Positions 1 through 7,554 of a stretch of 44,086 bases of DNA are shown piece by piece. Each line of letters starts with the position of its first letter. The stretch's first letter is position 1. Under the pieces are notes generated by a model, which had not been told where the DNA came from, did not search any database, and saw nothing but the letters and a program-made list of their open reading frames with translations. Origin of the DNA: a virus (Duplodnaviria; Caudoviricetes). The stretch is from IMG/VR virus record IMGVR_UViG_3300037461_000376, positions 1 to 44,086 of that record, one strand, 5' to 3'. The position numbers and the translations under genes are program-made.

Positions 1-275
1 AAGCAGCCCTTGGTGGAGCAGACCTTCGTGAAGCAGACCTTCGGGGAGCAGACCTTGGGGTAGCAGACCTTCGGGGAGCAGACCTTCGGGAAGCAGACCT
101 TGGGGAAGCAAACCTTCGGGGAGCAGACCTTCGGGAAGCAGACCTTGGGGGAGCAGACCTTCGGGAAGCAGACCTTGGGGGAGCAGACCTTGGGGGAGCA
201 GACCTTCGGGGAGCAGACCTTCGGGAAGCAGACCTTGGGGAAGCAAACCTTCGGGGAGCAGACCTTGGGGAAGCA
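1..275 (+). repeat. 15-nt coding tandem repeat GCA(G/A)ACCTT(C/G)GGG(G/A)A
   Basis: Directly visible. The same unit occurs at about 43993-44086. Confidence 0.97.
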
Positions 276-365
276 AAATTCTATGGTAAAGGTGGAACTA
301 AGAAACTAAAAAAAGACCAAATAGAACACTTTTTAAGAGCATTAGGATTTGAGGTTGAAGATTAA
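3..365 (+). CDS. Pentapeptide-repeat protein, C-terminal part (continues from 43814-44086)
   Basis: Frame 3 reads A(D/N)L(R/G)(E/G) repeats, then AKFYGKGGTKKLKKDQIEHFLRALGFEVED-TAA(363-365). The track ORF 100..309 is an off-frame shadow. Confidence 0.9.
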   Translation, partial: AALGGADLREADLRGADLGVADLRGADLREADLGEANLRGADLREADLGGADLREADLGGADLGGADLRGADLREADLGEANLRGADLGEAKFYGKGGTKKLKKDQIEHFLRALGFEVED

Positions 366-380
366 TTTACCAACGCTGAT

Positions 381-551
381 ATGAAATGTAAATGCGGAAA
401 TTCTGATATTAGAGAATGTATTATATTTTTTCGTGATTTTGACAAGATGACTTATGAAGAAATAGCTTCTCAGGTAGGTCTATCAAGAGAAAAAGTCAGG
501 CAGATATATAATAAATTCAAATTTAAGGAGAAAAATGAAAGGATTAGGTGA
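381..551 (+). CDS. 56-aa HTH protein, sigma-70 region-4-like (not in track)
   Basis: MKCKCGNSDIRECIIFFRDFDKMTYEEIASQVGLSREKVRQIYNK...; TYEEIA..VGLSREKVRQI resembles the region 4.2 HTH pattern. Confidence 0.7.
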   Translation: MKCKCGNSDIRECIIFFRDFDKMTYEEIASQVGLSREKVRQIYNKFKFKEKNERIR

Positions 552-633
552 AGGATTAGGTTGTGCTTTTATTATATTAGCTTGCGGTATAGCTTTTTAT
601 TTATTCGCATTAGCTTGTACTTTAAATAGATAA
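535..633 (+). CDS. 32-aa single-TM membrane peptide (not in track)
   Basis: SD AAGGAG at 525-530; MKGLGEGLGCAFIILACGIAFYLFALACTLNR; the stop abuts the next ATG. Confidence 0.6.
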   Translation: MKGLGEGLGCAFIILACGIAFYLFALACTLNR

Positions 634-634
634 T

Positions 635-979
635 ATGAAAGAACAATGGCAACCACCGCCTGATTTGGATTTAGGCAACGGTTATCTGTTAGACCAGGGT
701 TCAGGTGAAGTTAGAAACGGACATGGAGTAGAGGCAACACTAACACCGTTACAAACAGGGGTTATGCACGTCTTATTTGAATATCAAGGGAGAGTAGTTC
801 CGCCTGATGTTTTAATACAACAGGCTTATGGCCTTAATCTTGATAGGGCTTATTATGTTCATGATGGGGAAAGAGCTATGGTTTATAAAACAGTCAGGAG
901 ATTGGAAAAGAAACTGGAACCGACAGGCGTAAAAGTAGAAACATTAAGAGGGAGAGGGGTAAGGCTGGCAAAGCCATAG
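635..979 (+). CDS. Stand-alone OmpR/PhoB-type winged-helix DNA-binding protein
   Basis: LTPLQ..VMHVL....GRVV....LI...YG...VYKTVRRLEKKL.....VETLRGRGVRL matches the Trans_reg_C pattern; no receiver domain. Confidence 0.8.
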   Translation: MKEQWQPPPDLDLGNGYLLDQGSGEVRNGHGVEATLTPLQTGVMHVLFEYQGRVVPPDVLIQQAYGLNLDRAYYVHDGERAMVYKTVRRLEKKLEPTGVKVETLRGRGVRLAKP

Positions 980-980
980 T

Positions 981-1259
981 ATGAAAAAAACAATTAAAGA
1001 AGAATGGGTTAAGGAATTTGATAAAAGATTTTGTTATCTTAACGAAGCTGGAGAAATAAGATGTTATAAATATTCTTATAAAGAACCCGACCCAGAACAT
1101 ATTAAATCTTTTATCCGTTTATTACTCTCCAAACAAAGGGAAGAACTGGTTGGGGAAATAGGGAAGATGAAAAACCATATAACTATACAAGAAGGAAATA
1201 AATCAAAATATTATGTTTGGTACGAAGACGTTGTCAATTTATTAAAAAGCAAGATATGA
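981..1259 (+). CDS. Hypothetical protein
   Basis: ORF tightly packed with neighbours (ATGA overlap at 1256). Confidence 0.65.
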   Translation: MKKTIKEEWVKEFDKRFCYLNEAGEIRCYKYSYKEPDPEHIKSFIRLLLSKQREELVGEIGKMKNHITIQEGNKSKYYVWYEDVVNLLKSKI

Positions 1260-1834
1260 ATAGAATTAAAAATAAATTAAGAGAGTGGTTATTTGATGAT
1301 TATTGGTTTAGGGAGAATTTTGCTAAACAAATAGAGTTTTATATGAATAGTTATGTAAGAGATTGGATTAGTTCAAATCCTGAAATTATTGCTCCTTTAA
1401 TAATAAAGTTGATTACAAAAGAAATAAAAATTAAATTAAAAAATAAGAAAAAACAAGAATGTGCTTGCGAAATACATTTAAGAAACAAGCCTGATGAATA
1501 TTGTCTGGGGCATGGTAAAAATTGTGTTTGCAGTAAGAAGAAGCCGAAGCATACAGTTTGTCCAAACTGTTTAGGTAAAGATGGTTGTATGTGTGCACTC
1601 CATCAGTTAAATTGTGCCAGTTGCAACAAGCCCAAACCTAAAAATAGTGAATGGGAAAAAATATATTATAAGAGTGGATTTATAAATATCGGTAGAAAAG
1701 TACACGGGGGATGGGAGCATACGGAGCCAGTAAATCCCAATATGTATGATGAAATTATAAAGACAGTCCCAATAGAAAATGATAAATGTGAGTGCGGAAG
1801 TAAGGATTTTATTTGTTTGGATTGTATGATATGA
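1256..1834 (+). CDS. Cys-rich hypothetical protein (start revised to ATG 1256)
   Basis: ATGA overlap with the upstream stop; several CxC/CxxC clusters. Confidence 0.6.
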   Translation: MNRIKNKLREWLFDDYWFRENFAKQIEFYMNSYVRDWISSNPEIIAPLIIKLITKEIKIKLKNKKKQECACEIHLRNKPDEYCLGHGKNCVCSKKKPKHTVCPNCLGKDGCMCALHQLNCASCNKPKPKNSEWEKIYYKSGFINIGRKVHGGWEHTEPVNPNMYDEIIKTVPIENDKCECGSKDFICLDCMI

Positions 1835-1865
1835 AAACACGATTAAAAACCGTTAGTGCGAAAAT

Positions 1866-1959
1866 AAGAGCTAGGTGTTGAATAAAATCTCACCCCATAA
1901 ATAATGGGCAGTTTCATGAAATAATACTAGAAGGAAAACAAGCCTTCCACCTAGCTCTT
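1866..1959. other. Intergenic multi-stem structure (candidate structured RNA)
   Basis: 12-bp closing stem AAGAGCTAGGTG(1866-1877)/CACCTAGCTCTT(1948-1959) encloses CCCAT/ATGGG and GAAGG/CCTTC hairpins. Confidence 0.5.
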
Positions 1960-1974
1960 TAATTTAATTAATAT

Positions 1975-2217
1975 ATGAAAATTACAGTTAGACTATATAA
2001 AAGAGGAAAAGTAATTAAGAGATTATTAGCCAATAGGGATAAATGGCGAAAAATATACTCAAAGATAGCCTCGGCTGCTGCCCAGAAATGGTATATTAGA
2101 GTAGAATACGGAAAATATAAAAATTGTTTCGGCAATATACAAATATTTTACAATGATGGAATTTATACCAATGAAAAAGAGGCTAAAAAAGTATTTAAAA
2201 TATTTATTGAAAAATGA
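1975..2217 (+). CDS. Basic hypothetical protein
   Basis: ORF with ATGA overlap into the next gene. Confidence 0.65.
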   Translation: MKITVRLYKRGKVIKRLLANRDKWRKIYSKIASAAAQKWYIRVEYGKYKNCFGNIQIFYNDGIYTNEKEAKKVFKIFIEK

Positions 2218-2615
2218 GATATAAAAGATCAGAAACAGATAAAATGAAGGAAAAAGCATGGAAAATGTTTAGCCTCTATATCCGAAAGAGTAATGAAAAA
2301 AACGGCAAAATTGAATGTTATACCTGTGGTAAAAAGAAAATAATCAAAAAGATGTCAGCCGGACACGCTATAGGAGGCAGAAATAATGCTGTTTTGTTTG
2401 ATGAAAATATAGTTAAACCTCAATGTGCCGGGTGTAATATTTGGGGAAGAGGGCAATATCAGATATTTGCTTATAAACTGATTAAAGAATTAGGACTTGG
2501 AGAATATGAGAAGATACTAATAAATGCCAGAGAACCGGTCCAATATAAATTATACGATTATGAGGCTATTTATATCAAATACGCCAAAAAATTAGAAGAA
2601 TTATTAAATAAATGA
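2214..2615 (+). CDS. ninG: NinG/Rap-family recombination nuclease
   Basis: AWKMFSLYIR...CYTCG...AGH..GGR...LFDENIVKPQCAGCN follows the NinG pattern. Confidence 0.85.
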   Translation: MRYKRSETDKMKEKAWKMFSLYIRKSNEKNGKIECYTCGKKKIIKKMSAGHAIGGRNNAVLFDENIVKPQCAGCNIWGRGQYQIFAYKLIKELGLGEYEKILINAREPVQYKLYDYEAIYIKYAKKLEELLNK

Positions 2616-2619
2616 AGAT

Positions 2620-2910
2620 ATGCAAAGAAGGTGTATCAGAAAAAATTGTCGGAGACAAGCGATATTACATCCTTTCTTTGGGATACTTCCCTGCAAAATC
2701 TGTCAGGAAAGAGATAAAACTATCTCCCATAGTCAAAAACCCCAGTTTGTTAATATTAGCCGATTACATAGAATACAGGAGCAACGAGACCAATTTGGAA
2801 AAGACCTTTTACAGCCTTATGAGGGGAATAGAGTTAATAAAGAATTTTTTCAAGCCTACCCGGATCGTGTCAAAGATTATCAAGTTCAAGAAGAATTGGA
2901 GAAATTATGA
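2620..2910 (+). CDS. Hypothetical protein with Cys pairs
   Basis: CxxxxC...CxxC and KDLLQPY...EFFQAYP; ATGA overlap with the next gene. Preferred over the overlapping ORF 2612..2917. Confidence 0.6.
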   Translation: MQRRCIRKNCRRQAILHPFFGILPCKICQERDKTISHSQKPQFVNISRLHRIQEQRDQFGKDLLQPYEGNRVNKEFFQAYPDRVKDYQVQEELEKL

Positions 2911-3113
2911 AGATTAAACTTATGAAAATCAGGCTTATGAGATATTCCCAATTTGTTAATTTATTTAAATCACCTAGAGGCTATGTAGTCGTTAGGAAGG
3001 GTACTAATTGGCAGGAGTTATGGTTATTGCCGTTTAATTACTTAGCTAGTCTTTATTACCAATTACAAGGTCTAATACTTAGACTTAAATATAAATATGA
3101 AAAGAAAACGTAA
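2907..3113 (+). CDS. Hypothetical protein
   Basis: Coupled ORF. Confidence 0.5.
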   Translation: MKIKLMKIRLMRYSQFVNLFKSPRGYVVVRKGTNWQELWLLPFNYLASLYYQLQGLILRLKYKYEKKT

Positions 3114-3309
3114 ACCAACAAAACAGGAAACAACCTTAATTATTGAAATGAGAACACAATTTACAGTCAGGCAAATAGCCAAGAAATTAAATATATCACG
3201 ACTGGCAGTTAAAAATATTTTGCAGGATATAAACAAACAGAGTATAATAGGAACAAATATCAATCCTATAACTATTGAACCCTATAGTACGGAAATACCT
3301 AATATATGA
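3097..3309 (+). CDS. Small HTH protein
   Basis: FTVRQIAKKLNISRLAVKNIL is an HTH signature. Confidence 0.75.
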   Translation: MKRKRKPTKQETTLIIEMRTQFTVRQIAKKLNISRLAVKNILQDINKQSIIGTNINPITIEPYSTEIPNI

Positions 3310-3782
3310 AAGGAAGAGTAATAACTGCTCCAACAGCAAGACAAAAAAAGGCTGTAGATAATATTTTAAGCGGTAAATATAACCATTTGAGACCGGCTCT
3401 AAGAGATGCAGGATATAAAGATGTAACAGCTTTAGCACCAAAAAAGAATTTTCTTCAAGCTCAAGGTGTAAAAATCTATTTAAAAACCCTCTCAAAAGTT
3501 GCAAAAAGACGTTTCAATCTTTCATTACCCGATAAAGTAGCCTTAACTTATCTTGATGGATTAGAGGCTGACAAGCCTTATGGGAAAGATGGAGACATAC
3601 ATCCGGATTATCAGGCTAGATTAGCTTACGCTGACAGATTTGCTAAATTCTTTGGTTGGATGGCAGGAGAAGATAACAGCCCTAAAAAGATGCAGCAATT
3701 TAATTTTTTTAGTCTTGATGATAAAACAAAAGAGGATTTTAACAATAATTTTAAATCATTTTTAAAACAGACATATAGCTAA
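3306..3782 (+). CDS. Putative terminase small subunit
   Basis: N-terminal PTARQKKAV...ALRDAGY...A resembles TerS HTH regions; 158 aa; no other TerS candidate next to TerL. Confidence 0.6.
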   Translation: MKGRVITAPTARQKKAVDNILSGKYNHLRPALRDAGYKDVTALAPKKNFLQAQGVKIYLKTLSKVAKRRFNLSLPDKVALTYLDGLEADKPYGKDGDIHPDYQARLAYADRFAKFFGWMAGEDNSPKKMQQFNFFSLDDKTKEDFNNNFKSFLKQTYS

Positions 3783-3871
3783 ATATTAAAAATTCTTGCT
3801 TCTGTAACGGATAACACGATTTCGGGGCAACTATGCCAATAACCGGAATTAAACCTTACGGCAGTTTGGAT

Positions 3872-3915
3872 CAATATCCTCATCCAATAGTGTCTTGAAT
3901 GAGGATATTGTTTTT
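3872..3915 (+). terminator. Hairpin plus T-tract
   Basis: CAATATCCTCAT(3872-3883)/ATGAGGATATTG(3899-3910) followed by TTTTT. Confidence 0.65.
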
Positions 3916-3919
3916 ATAT

Positions 3920-4099
3920 ATGTATTGTCATAAATGTAAATTTATGTATTGTCTTAAATGCAGAATAAAAAAAGAAGGTAAAAATCATAAAGTAGAATAT
4001 ATAAAAGACGGCAAGAGAAAAGCTATTGTCTGTTATTGTGAAACTTGTGGAACTAAAATGTATCGTTTAATGGGTAAATATGAGGAATTTATATCTTGA
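3920..4099 (+). CDS. Small zinc-ribbon protein (DUF5679-like); start 3920 or 3944
   Basis: YCLKCR...CETCGTKMYR; the track start 3899 lies inside the hairpin. Confidence 0.7.
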   Translation: MYCHKCKFMYCLKCRIKKEGKNHKVEYIKDGKRKAIVCYCETCGTKMYRLMGKYEEFIS

Positions 4100-4110
4100 G
4101 GCTAAAAACA

Positions 4111-4143
4111 AGGCTCTGTATTGACTTACAGAGCCTGTCTTTT
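4111..4143. terminator. Probable bidirectional terminator between convergent operons
   Basis: Perfect 10-bp stem AGGCTCTGTA(4111-4120)/TACAGAGCCT(4127-4136), A-run before and T-run after. Confidence 0.8.
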
Positions 4144-4159
4144 AATTGAGTAGTATATT

Positions 4160-4318
4160 TTATCCTTTAATTGCTTTTTCTTTTTCAATTTCTATATTCA
4201 TTTCATAAGTATTAACATTTCTATTATCAAATTCTTCAACACCTTCGCTTTCTGCTTCTTCAACATCTTTAGCTTCTACTAAAACGCTATAAGAAAATGT
4301 AACTTTGTATAAATTCAT
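4160..4318 (-). CDS. 52-aa acidic hypothetical protein (not in track)
   Basis: MNLYKVTFSYSVLVEAKDVEEAESEGVEEFDNRN...; SD AAGGTGA. Confidence 0.7.
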   Translation of the reverse strand: MNLYKVTFSYSVLVEAKDVEEAESEGVEEFDNRNVNTYEMNIEIEKEKAIKG

Positions 4319-4337
4319 AATATTCACCTTCTTTCAA

Positions 4338-4451
4338 TTAACTGATTGCATAAACTATAACTACCAACCAGATTAAATTAAGAATAATAAAAGTAATAAT
4401 TTGGACAACCGGAAATTTCTTTTCAGGATGGTTATAAATATCTTTATACAT
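4338..4451 (-). CDS. 37-aa membrane peptide (not in track)
   Basis: MYKDIYNHPEKKFPVVQIITFIILNLIWLVVIVYAIS; TAATG coupling. Confidence 0.55.
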   Translation of the reverse strand: MYKDIYNHPEKKFPVVQIITFIILNLIWLVVIVYAIS

Positions 4452-4615
4452 TATCCAACCTTCCTTAGATTTAACTCAACCCTGATGATCTTCATTACTA
4501 TTGCATCCAAACAAGCCTGAAAATCAGAAGTAGTTAAATTCTCAAATTCATCAAATAGTTTCATTATCTCATCAGAATATCCCATTATTCTTAACATTTC
4601 CTCTTTACTGGTCAT
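4451..4615 (-). CDS. 54-aa hypothetical protein (not in track)
   Basis: MTSKEEMLRIMGYSDEIMKLFDEFENLTTSDFQACLDAIV...; ATGA overlap. Confidence 0.65.
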   Translation of the reverse strand: MTSKEEMLRIMGYSDEIMKLFDEFENLTTSDFQACLDAIVMKIIRVELNLRKVG

Positions 4616-4908
4616 ACTTTCTCCTCTTCATTCTGTAATACAGCCATAATTGCCCCATAAAGATAATATGCTTCTCTGGTTTTATTCCTCAGATCTTCCA
4701 ATAGATCTAAAATATCCTTGTGTTCATTCTCCATTTTTAACACAAGAGTATTTTTCCGGATTTCCTCATTCTTGAGACTGGTTATCTTTTCATCCAGATA
4801 TAGCCTTGCGTACAAGGCAGTATATTGACGCTCAACGGCTGATAATAACTTTTTGGTATCTGTATACCTTTTTGTTACCTCTAATAATTGTTTTTGTAAA
4901 TCGTTCAT
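4612..4908 (-). CDS. Helical/coiled-coil hypothetical protein
   Basis: SD GGAGG, ATGA coupling. Confidence 0.7.
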   Translation of the reverse strand: MNDLQKQLLEVTKRYTDTKKLLSAVERQYTALYARLYLDEKITSLKNEEIRKNTLVLKMENEHKDILDLLEDLRNKTREAYYLYGAIMAVLQNEEEKV

Positions 4909-5099
4909 ATTAAACCTCCGTTATTCAATTTTAATAATATATCTATAAGAGTATTTTTATCTCCTTCATAGATTAATTGGCAATCTGAACAGCCATCATC
5001 TTGAGATACCTTACAATCGTGATCGTAATTCAAGGCTTCTTTTCTTAACTGTTCAACAGTCATTTTCTTAAGATCTCTAAGATATAAATTTATACACAT
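4905..5099 (-). CDS. Hypothetical protein
   Basis: SD AAAGGAGG; HDC...GCSDC motif. Confidence 0.65.
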   Translation of the reverse strand: MCINLYLRDLKKMTVEQLRKEALNYDHDCKVSQDDGCSDCQLIYEGDKNTLIDILLKLNNGGLI

Positions 5100-5335
5100 A
5101 GCCCTCCTTTCTGCTCTTCTTTAGCTTCATTTATTTGATCGGTCAAAACCTCTTCTGCTGTATGTTCCAGAGATAAAATAGTCTCAAAATCCCTGACAAT
5201 CTTCTCAAACAATGCAAGAGTTCTTTCCGCGGAAGATTTACTATAACCCTGTAATATAATTCTCATCCTTCCTAGAGATACAAACAACGGTTCGTTATTT
5301 TCTTTAGTGGTTAGCTTAATTTTTGTTTTTGTCAT
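5090..5335 (-). CDS. Hypothetical protein
   Basis: Coupled ORF within the minus-strand operon. Confidence 0.65.
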   Translation of the reverse strand: MTKTKIKLTTKENNEPLFVSLGRMRIILQGYSKSSAERTLALFEKIVRDFETILSLEHTAEEVLTDQINEAKEEQKGGLCV

Positions 5336-5454
5336 ATGTTTAAATAATAAATTAATAAAAACCCCAATAAAAATGAGGTCATAAACAATGAAACATATTT
5401 AGGTAGATTGGATTTCCTGATAAATAGCCTCAATTTACGCTTGTTTATAATCAT
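5332..5454 (-). CDS. 40-aa membrane peptide (not in track)
   Basis: SD AAAGGAGG; MIINKRKLRLFIRKSNLPKYVSLFMTSFLLGFLLIYYLNI; ATGA overlap. Confidence 0.55.
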   Translation of the reverse strand: MIINKRKLRLFIRKSNLPKYVSLFMTSFLLGFLLIYYLNI

Positions 5455-5566
5455 TAGCCTCCTTTCTTCCGGTTAATGACCGGATTTTTATATAAATAAT
5501 AAATAAATACGAGAATATATAAGCTCCTATAATTACAAATGGAGCTATAAATAAACCTATGGTCAT
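5435..5566 (-). CDS. 43-aa membrane peptide (not in track)
   Basis: MTIGLFIAPFVIIGAYIFSYLFIIYIKIRSLTGRKEANDYKQA fills the gap after ardC. Confidence 0.5.
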   Translation of the reverse strand: MTIGLFIAPFVIIGAYIFSYLFIIYIKIRSLTGRKEANDYKQA

Positions 5567-5577
5567 TTTTAAATATT

Positions 5578-6408
5578 TCATATAATCCCCCTTATATAGT
5601 TTCGGGCTTTCTGTGCCTTTGTAGAAGCCTGAACTATTAATTTAGTATCATTCCTTAATCTTTTAATCCAACCGCCTATATATGCGGTCTGGTTGTCTAT
5701 TACTGCCTGATTTATTCCGCAGTCGGCTGATAAAAACGCTGCTCCCAATTCTGCTATTAATTCCTCGTTGCTGTAACTATCAGAACCAAATCCAGTAGAT
5801 AATGTTAACTCACGATTTAGCCTTGATTTATGTCCTGTTGAGTGTGTCATTTCGTGGAAAGCTGTACTATAATAGTGTTCTGCTTTGCTGAATGTTTCCG
5901 GCTTCGGTAGATTGATAACATCTATTAATGGCTGATAGTATGCTCTCTGTTCTATGTGTTTGATTTGGGGGCTGTCTTTGTATCCTTCTATGATCTTGCT
6001 GGCTTCCTCTATGGGTATAAATTCGTGCTTTACTTCTTCCGGGGGCTTTATAGTGCTTTGAGTGATATTAAATACTGTATAATATCTGATAACTGGTATT
6101 CCGTTCTCTATATGGTCTCCTTCTTCGTATATTCTCTTAACCGGGTTCCAGATCTTAAAGAATACAATCGGTATTCCCTTTTCTCCTTTATTAACATAGC
6201 CTCCTAATCCTTTAATTTGATTAAATGTCATATAAAACGGGCTTGTGTAGCCTGAACTCCAGAGCATTAGCCGATTAATCCCGTTATATTCCTTTTTAGA
6301 GATGAAGTTAGAAGGTGCTTTAGAGCTTGTCCATTCCTGTCTCCAGGGTATTTTTCCGGCTTCAAGCTGTTTTATAATCCGATTCGTTATAATGTCGTAA
6401 GTGTTCAT
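5578..6408 (-). CDS. ardC: ArdC-family antirestriction protein (ssDNA-binding plus zincin-like domain)
   Basis: ITNRII..LE.G.IPW...W, YNGIN, MTFNQ...GG.V.KGEK, YTVFN..Q, AYY.P..D.I.LP, FHEMTHSTGH..RL.R, Y..EELIAE. Confidence 0.92.
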   Translation of the reverse strand: MNTYDIITNRIIKQLEAGKIPWRQEWTSSKAPSNFISKKEYNGINRLMLWSSGYTSPFYMTFNQIKGLGGYVNKGEKGIPIVFFKIWNPVKRIYEEGDHIENGIPVIRYYTVFNITQSTIKPPEEVKHEFIPIEEASKIIEGYKDSPQIKHIEQRAYYQPLIDVINLPKPETFSKAEHYYSTAFHEMTHSTGHKSRLNRELTLSTGFGSDSYSNEELIAELGAAFLSADCGINQAVIDNQTAYIGGWIKRLRNDTKLIVQASTKAQKARNYIRGII

Positions 6409-6441
6409 AATGAGCCCCTTTCTTTTAAATAATACTCCTTG

Positions 6442-6470
6442 AGTATTACATAATTATTATATAATGTCAA
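6442..6470 (-). promoter_or_regulatory. Sigma70-type promoter of the ardC operon with palindromic operator
   Basis: Minus strand TTGACA-N17-AATACT; operator TTACATAA-tta-TTATATAA at 6446-6464. Confidence 0.75.
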
Positions 6471-6960
6471 TAGGATAGATATATTATATTAACAATCTAA
6501 TCTTAATACCTCTATTTTCCCTCTAGTCTAAGACTTAGACTCAACATTTCCCCGGATCCGCAAGATAATAAAACCGGCAAATTTCCCGGGCATCTTCAAA
6601 TCACTTTAAATCAATCTATAAACCATATAAGGAAGTAATAAGGAAGAAGATATACAGATTAGATGGATATTAGATAGATAGTTGTAAATAATATTTGTAA
6701 TATCAATTATATTACATAATACAAACACCTAGTATACTACTCTATAGGCTAACATATAACAGTATATTTATATTATAGTAATACATCATATATGTTATTA
6801 ATACTTGCTATATTCACAATGAACGTGGAACAAGGAACGGGGGGCGTGGGGACAGAATGAGCCTCTCGGAAGTGAAACTGAGGATTCCCACACAAACACA
6901 AAGATTGGGCAGGAAACGCATTTCTTGTTTTTAGAAATTTTTTAGGAAATTAGGTAAAGT
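6471..6960. other. Largest non-coding region; candidate genome terminus/packaging or origin region
   Basis: Lies between divergent operons; AT-rich; palindromes at 6525-6541 and 6696-6716; G-rich patch at about 6839-6851. Confidence 0.45.
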
Positions 6961-6962
6961 AA

Positions 6963-7009
6963 TGTTACTATTCGTAACAATATATGGTATAATGTTACTA
7001 ATGGTAACT
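6963..7009 (+). promoter_or_regulatory. Extended -10 promoter flanked by two TGTTAC-N5-GTAAC inverted repeats
   Basis: TGgTATAAT 6985-6993; repeats at 6963-6979 and 6993-7009. Confidence 0.65.
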
Positions 7010-7189
7010 TGTTCTAATTGTCAGAAAGAATTAAATCGTTTTGTATTCTGTGATGCTAGATGTAAGATGGCATTTCATAGACACAGTAAAACTCCCAAGT
7101 TTATAAAAACGCCCGAAGATGTTCCTTTTGTTAAAGGTTCCTGTCCTCATGGTGCAGGGAAAGGATTATGCAAACATGGGTGTAAATAA
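7001..7189 (+). CDS. Small zinc-finger protein (start revised to 7001)
   Basis: CSNC...FCDARC plus C-terminal CPHG...CKHGC; ATG is 7 nt after TATAAT. Confidence 0.7.
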   Translation: MVTCSNCQKELNRFVFCDARCKMAFHRHSKTPKFIKTPEDVPFVKGSCPHGAGKGLCKHGCK

Positions 7190-7191
7190 AT

Positions 7192-7443
7192 ATGAGTGAA
7201 TTTGATCCCTGGAAAAGAAATCCAAGCGGAGACCAGCCCGAACTAAGAAACGGCGGGAGGTATGTTAACCCTCAAGTTGTGGGCTTTGAAGATGATAACG
7301 GAACCGTAATCGGAATGGATAGAGAACGTGCAATACAGGAAGGGCTTATAACCGAAAAAGATGTACCAAGAAGAAGCGAAGATATAACCGTCTATTCCCA
7401 TAGAGTTGCGGAAGAAGCGGTAAAGAAAATCAGAGGAGGTTAG
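7192..7443 (+). CDS. Hypothetical protein
   Basis: Coupled ORF. Confidence 0.65.
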   Translation: MSEFDPWKRNPSGDQPELRNGGRYVNPQVVGFEDDNGTVIGMDRERAIQEGLITEKDVPRRSEDITVYSHRVAEEAVKKIRGG

Positions 7444-7447
7444 TTAA

Positions 7448-7552
7448 ATGGATATTGATAAAAAAGAAGAAAGTGGAATCTGGTATATAATTCTGGGTAT
7501 CTTAATTTATTTATATATCAGTATGTTATTTTCTCATTATAGACTTTATTAA
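7448..7552 (+). CDS. 34-aa membrane peptide (not in track)
   Basis: SD GGAGGT 7435-7440; MDIDKKEESGIWYIILGILIYLYISMLFSHYRLY. Confidence 0.55.
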   Translation: MDIDKKEESGIWYIILGILIYLYISMLFSHYRLY

Positions 7553-7554
7553 AT

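Noticed and set aside
1-65. Variant repeat units as programmed diversification
   Set aside because: Confined to the contig edge, so probably low-quality bases; no reverse transcriptase or TR/VR pair seen.
1-275. CRISPR array or terminal direct repeat
   Set aside because: Contiguous 15-nt units with no spacers; they encode pentapeptide repeats in frame.
100-309. Track ORF (GEQT/GKQT repeats)
   Set aside because: Off-frame shadow of the ADLRE/ADLGG frame.
1866-1959. tRNA
   Set aside because: No TTC(G/A)A T-loop, D-loop or 7-nt anticodon loop.
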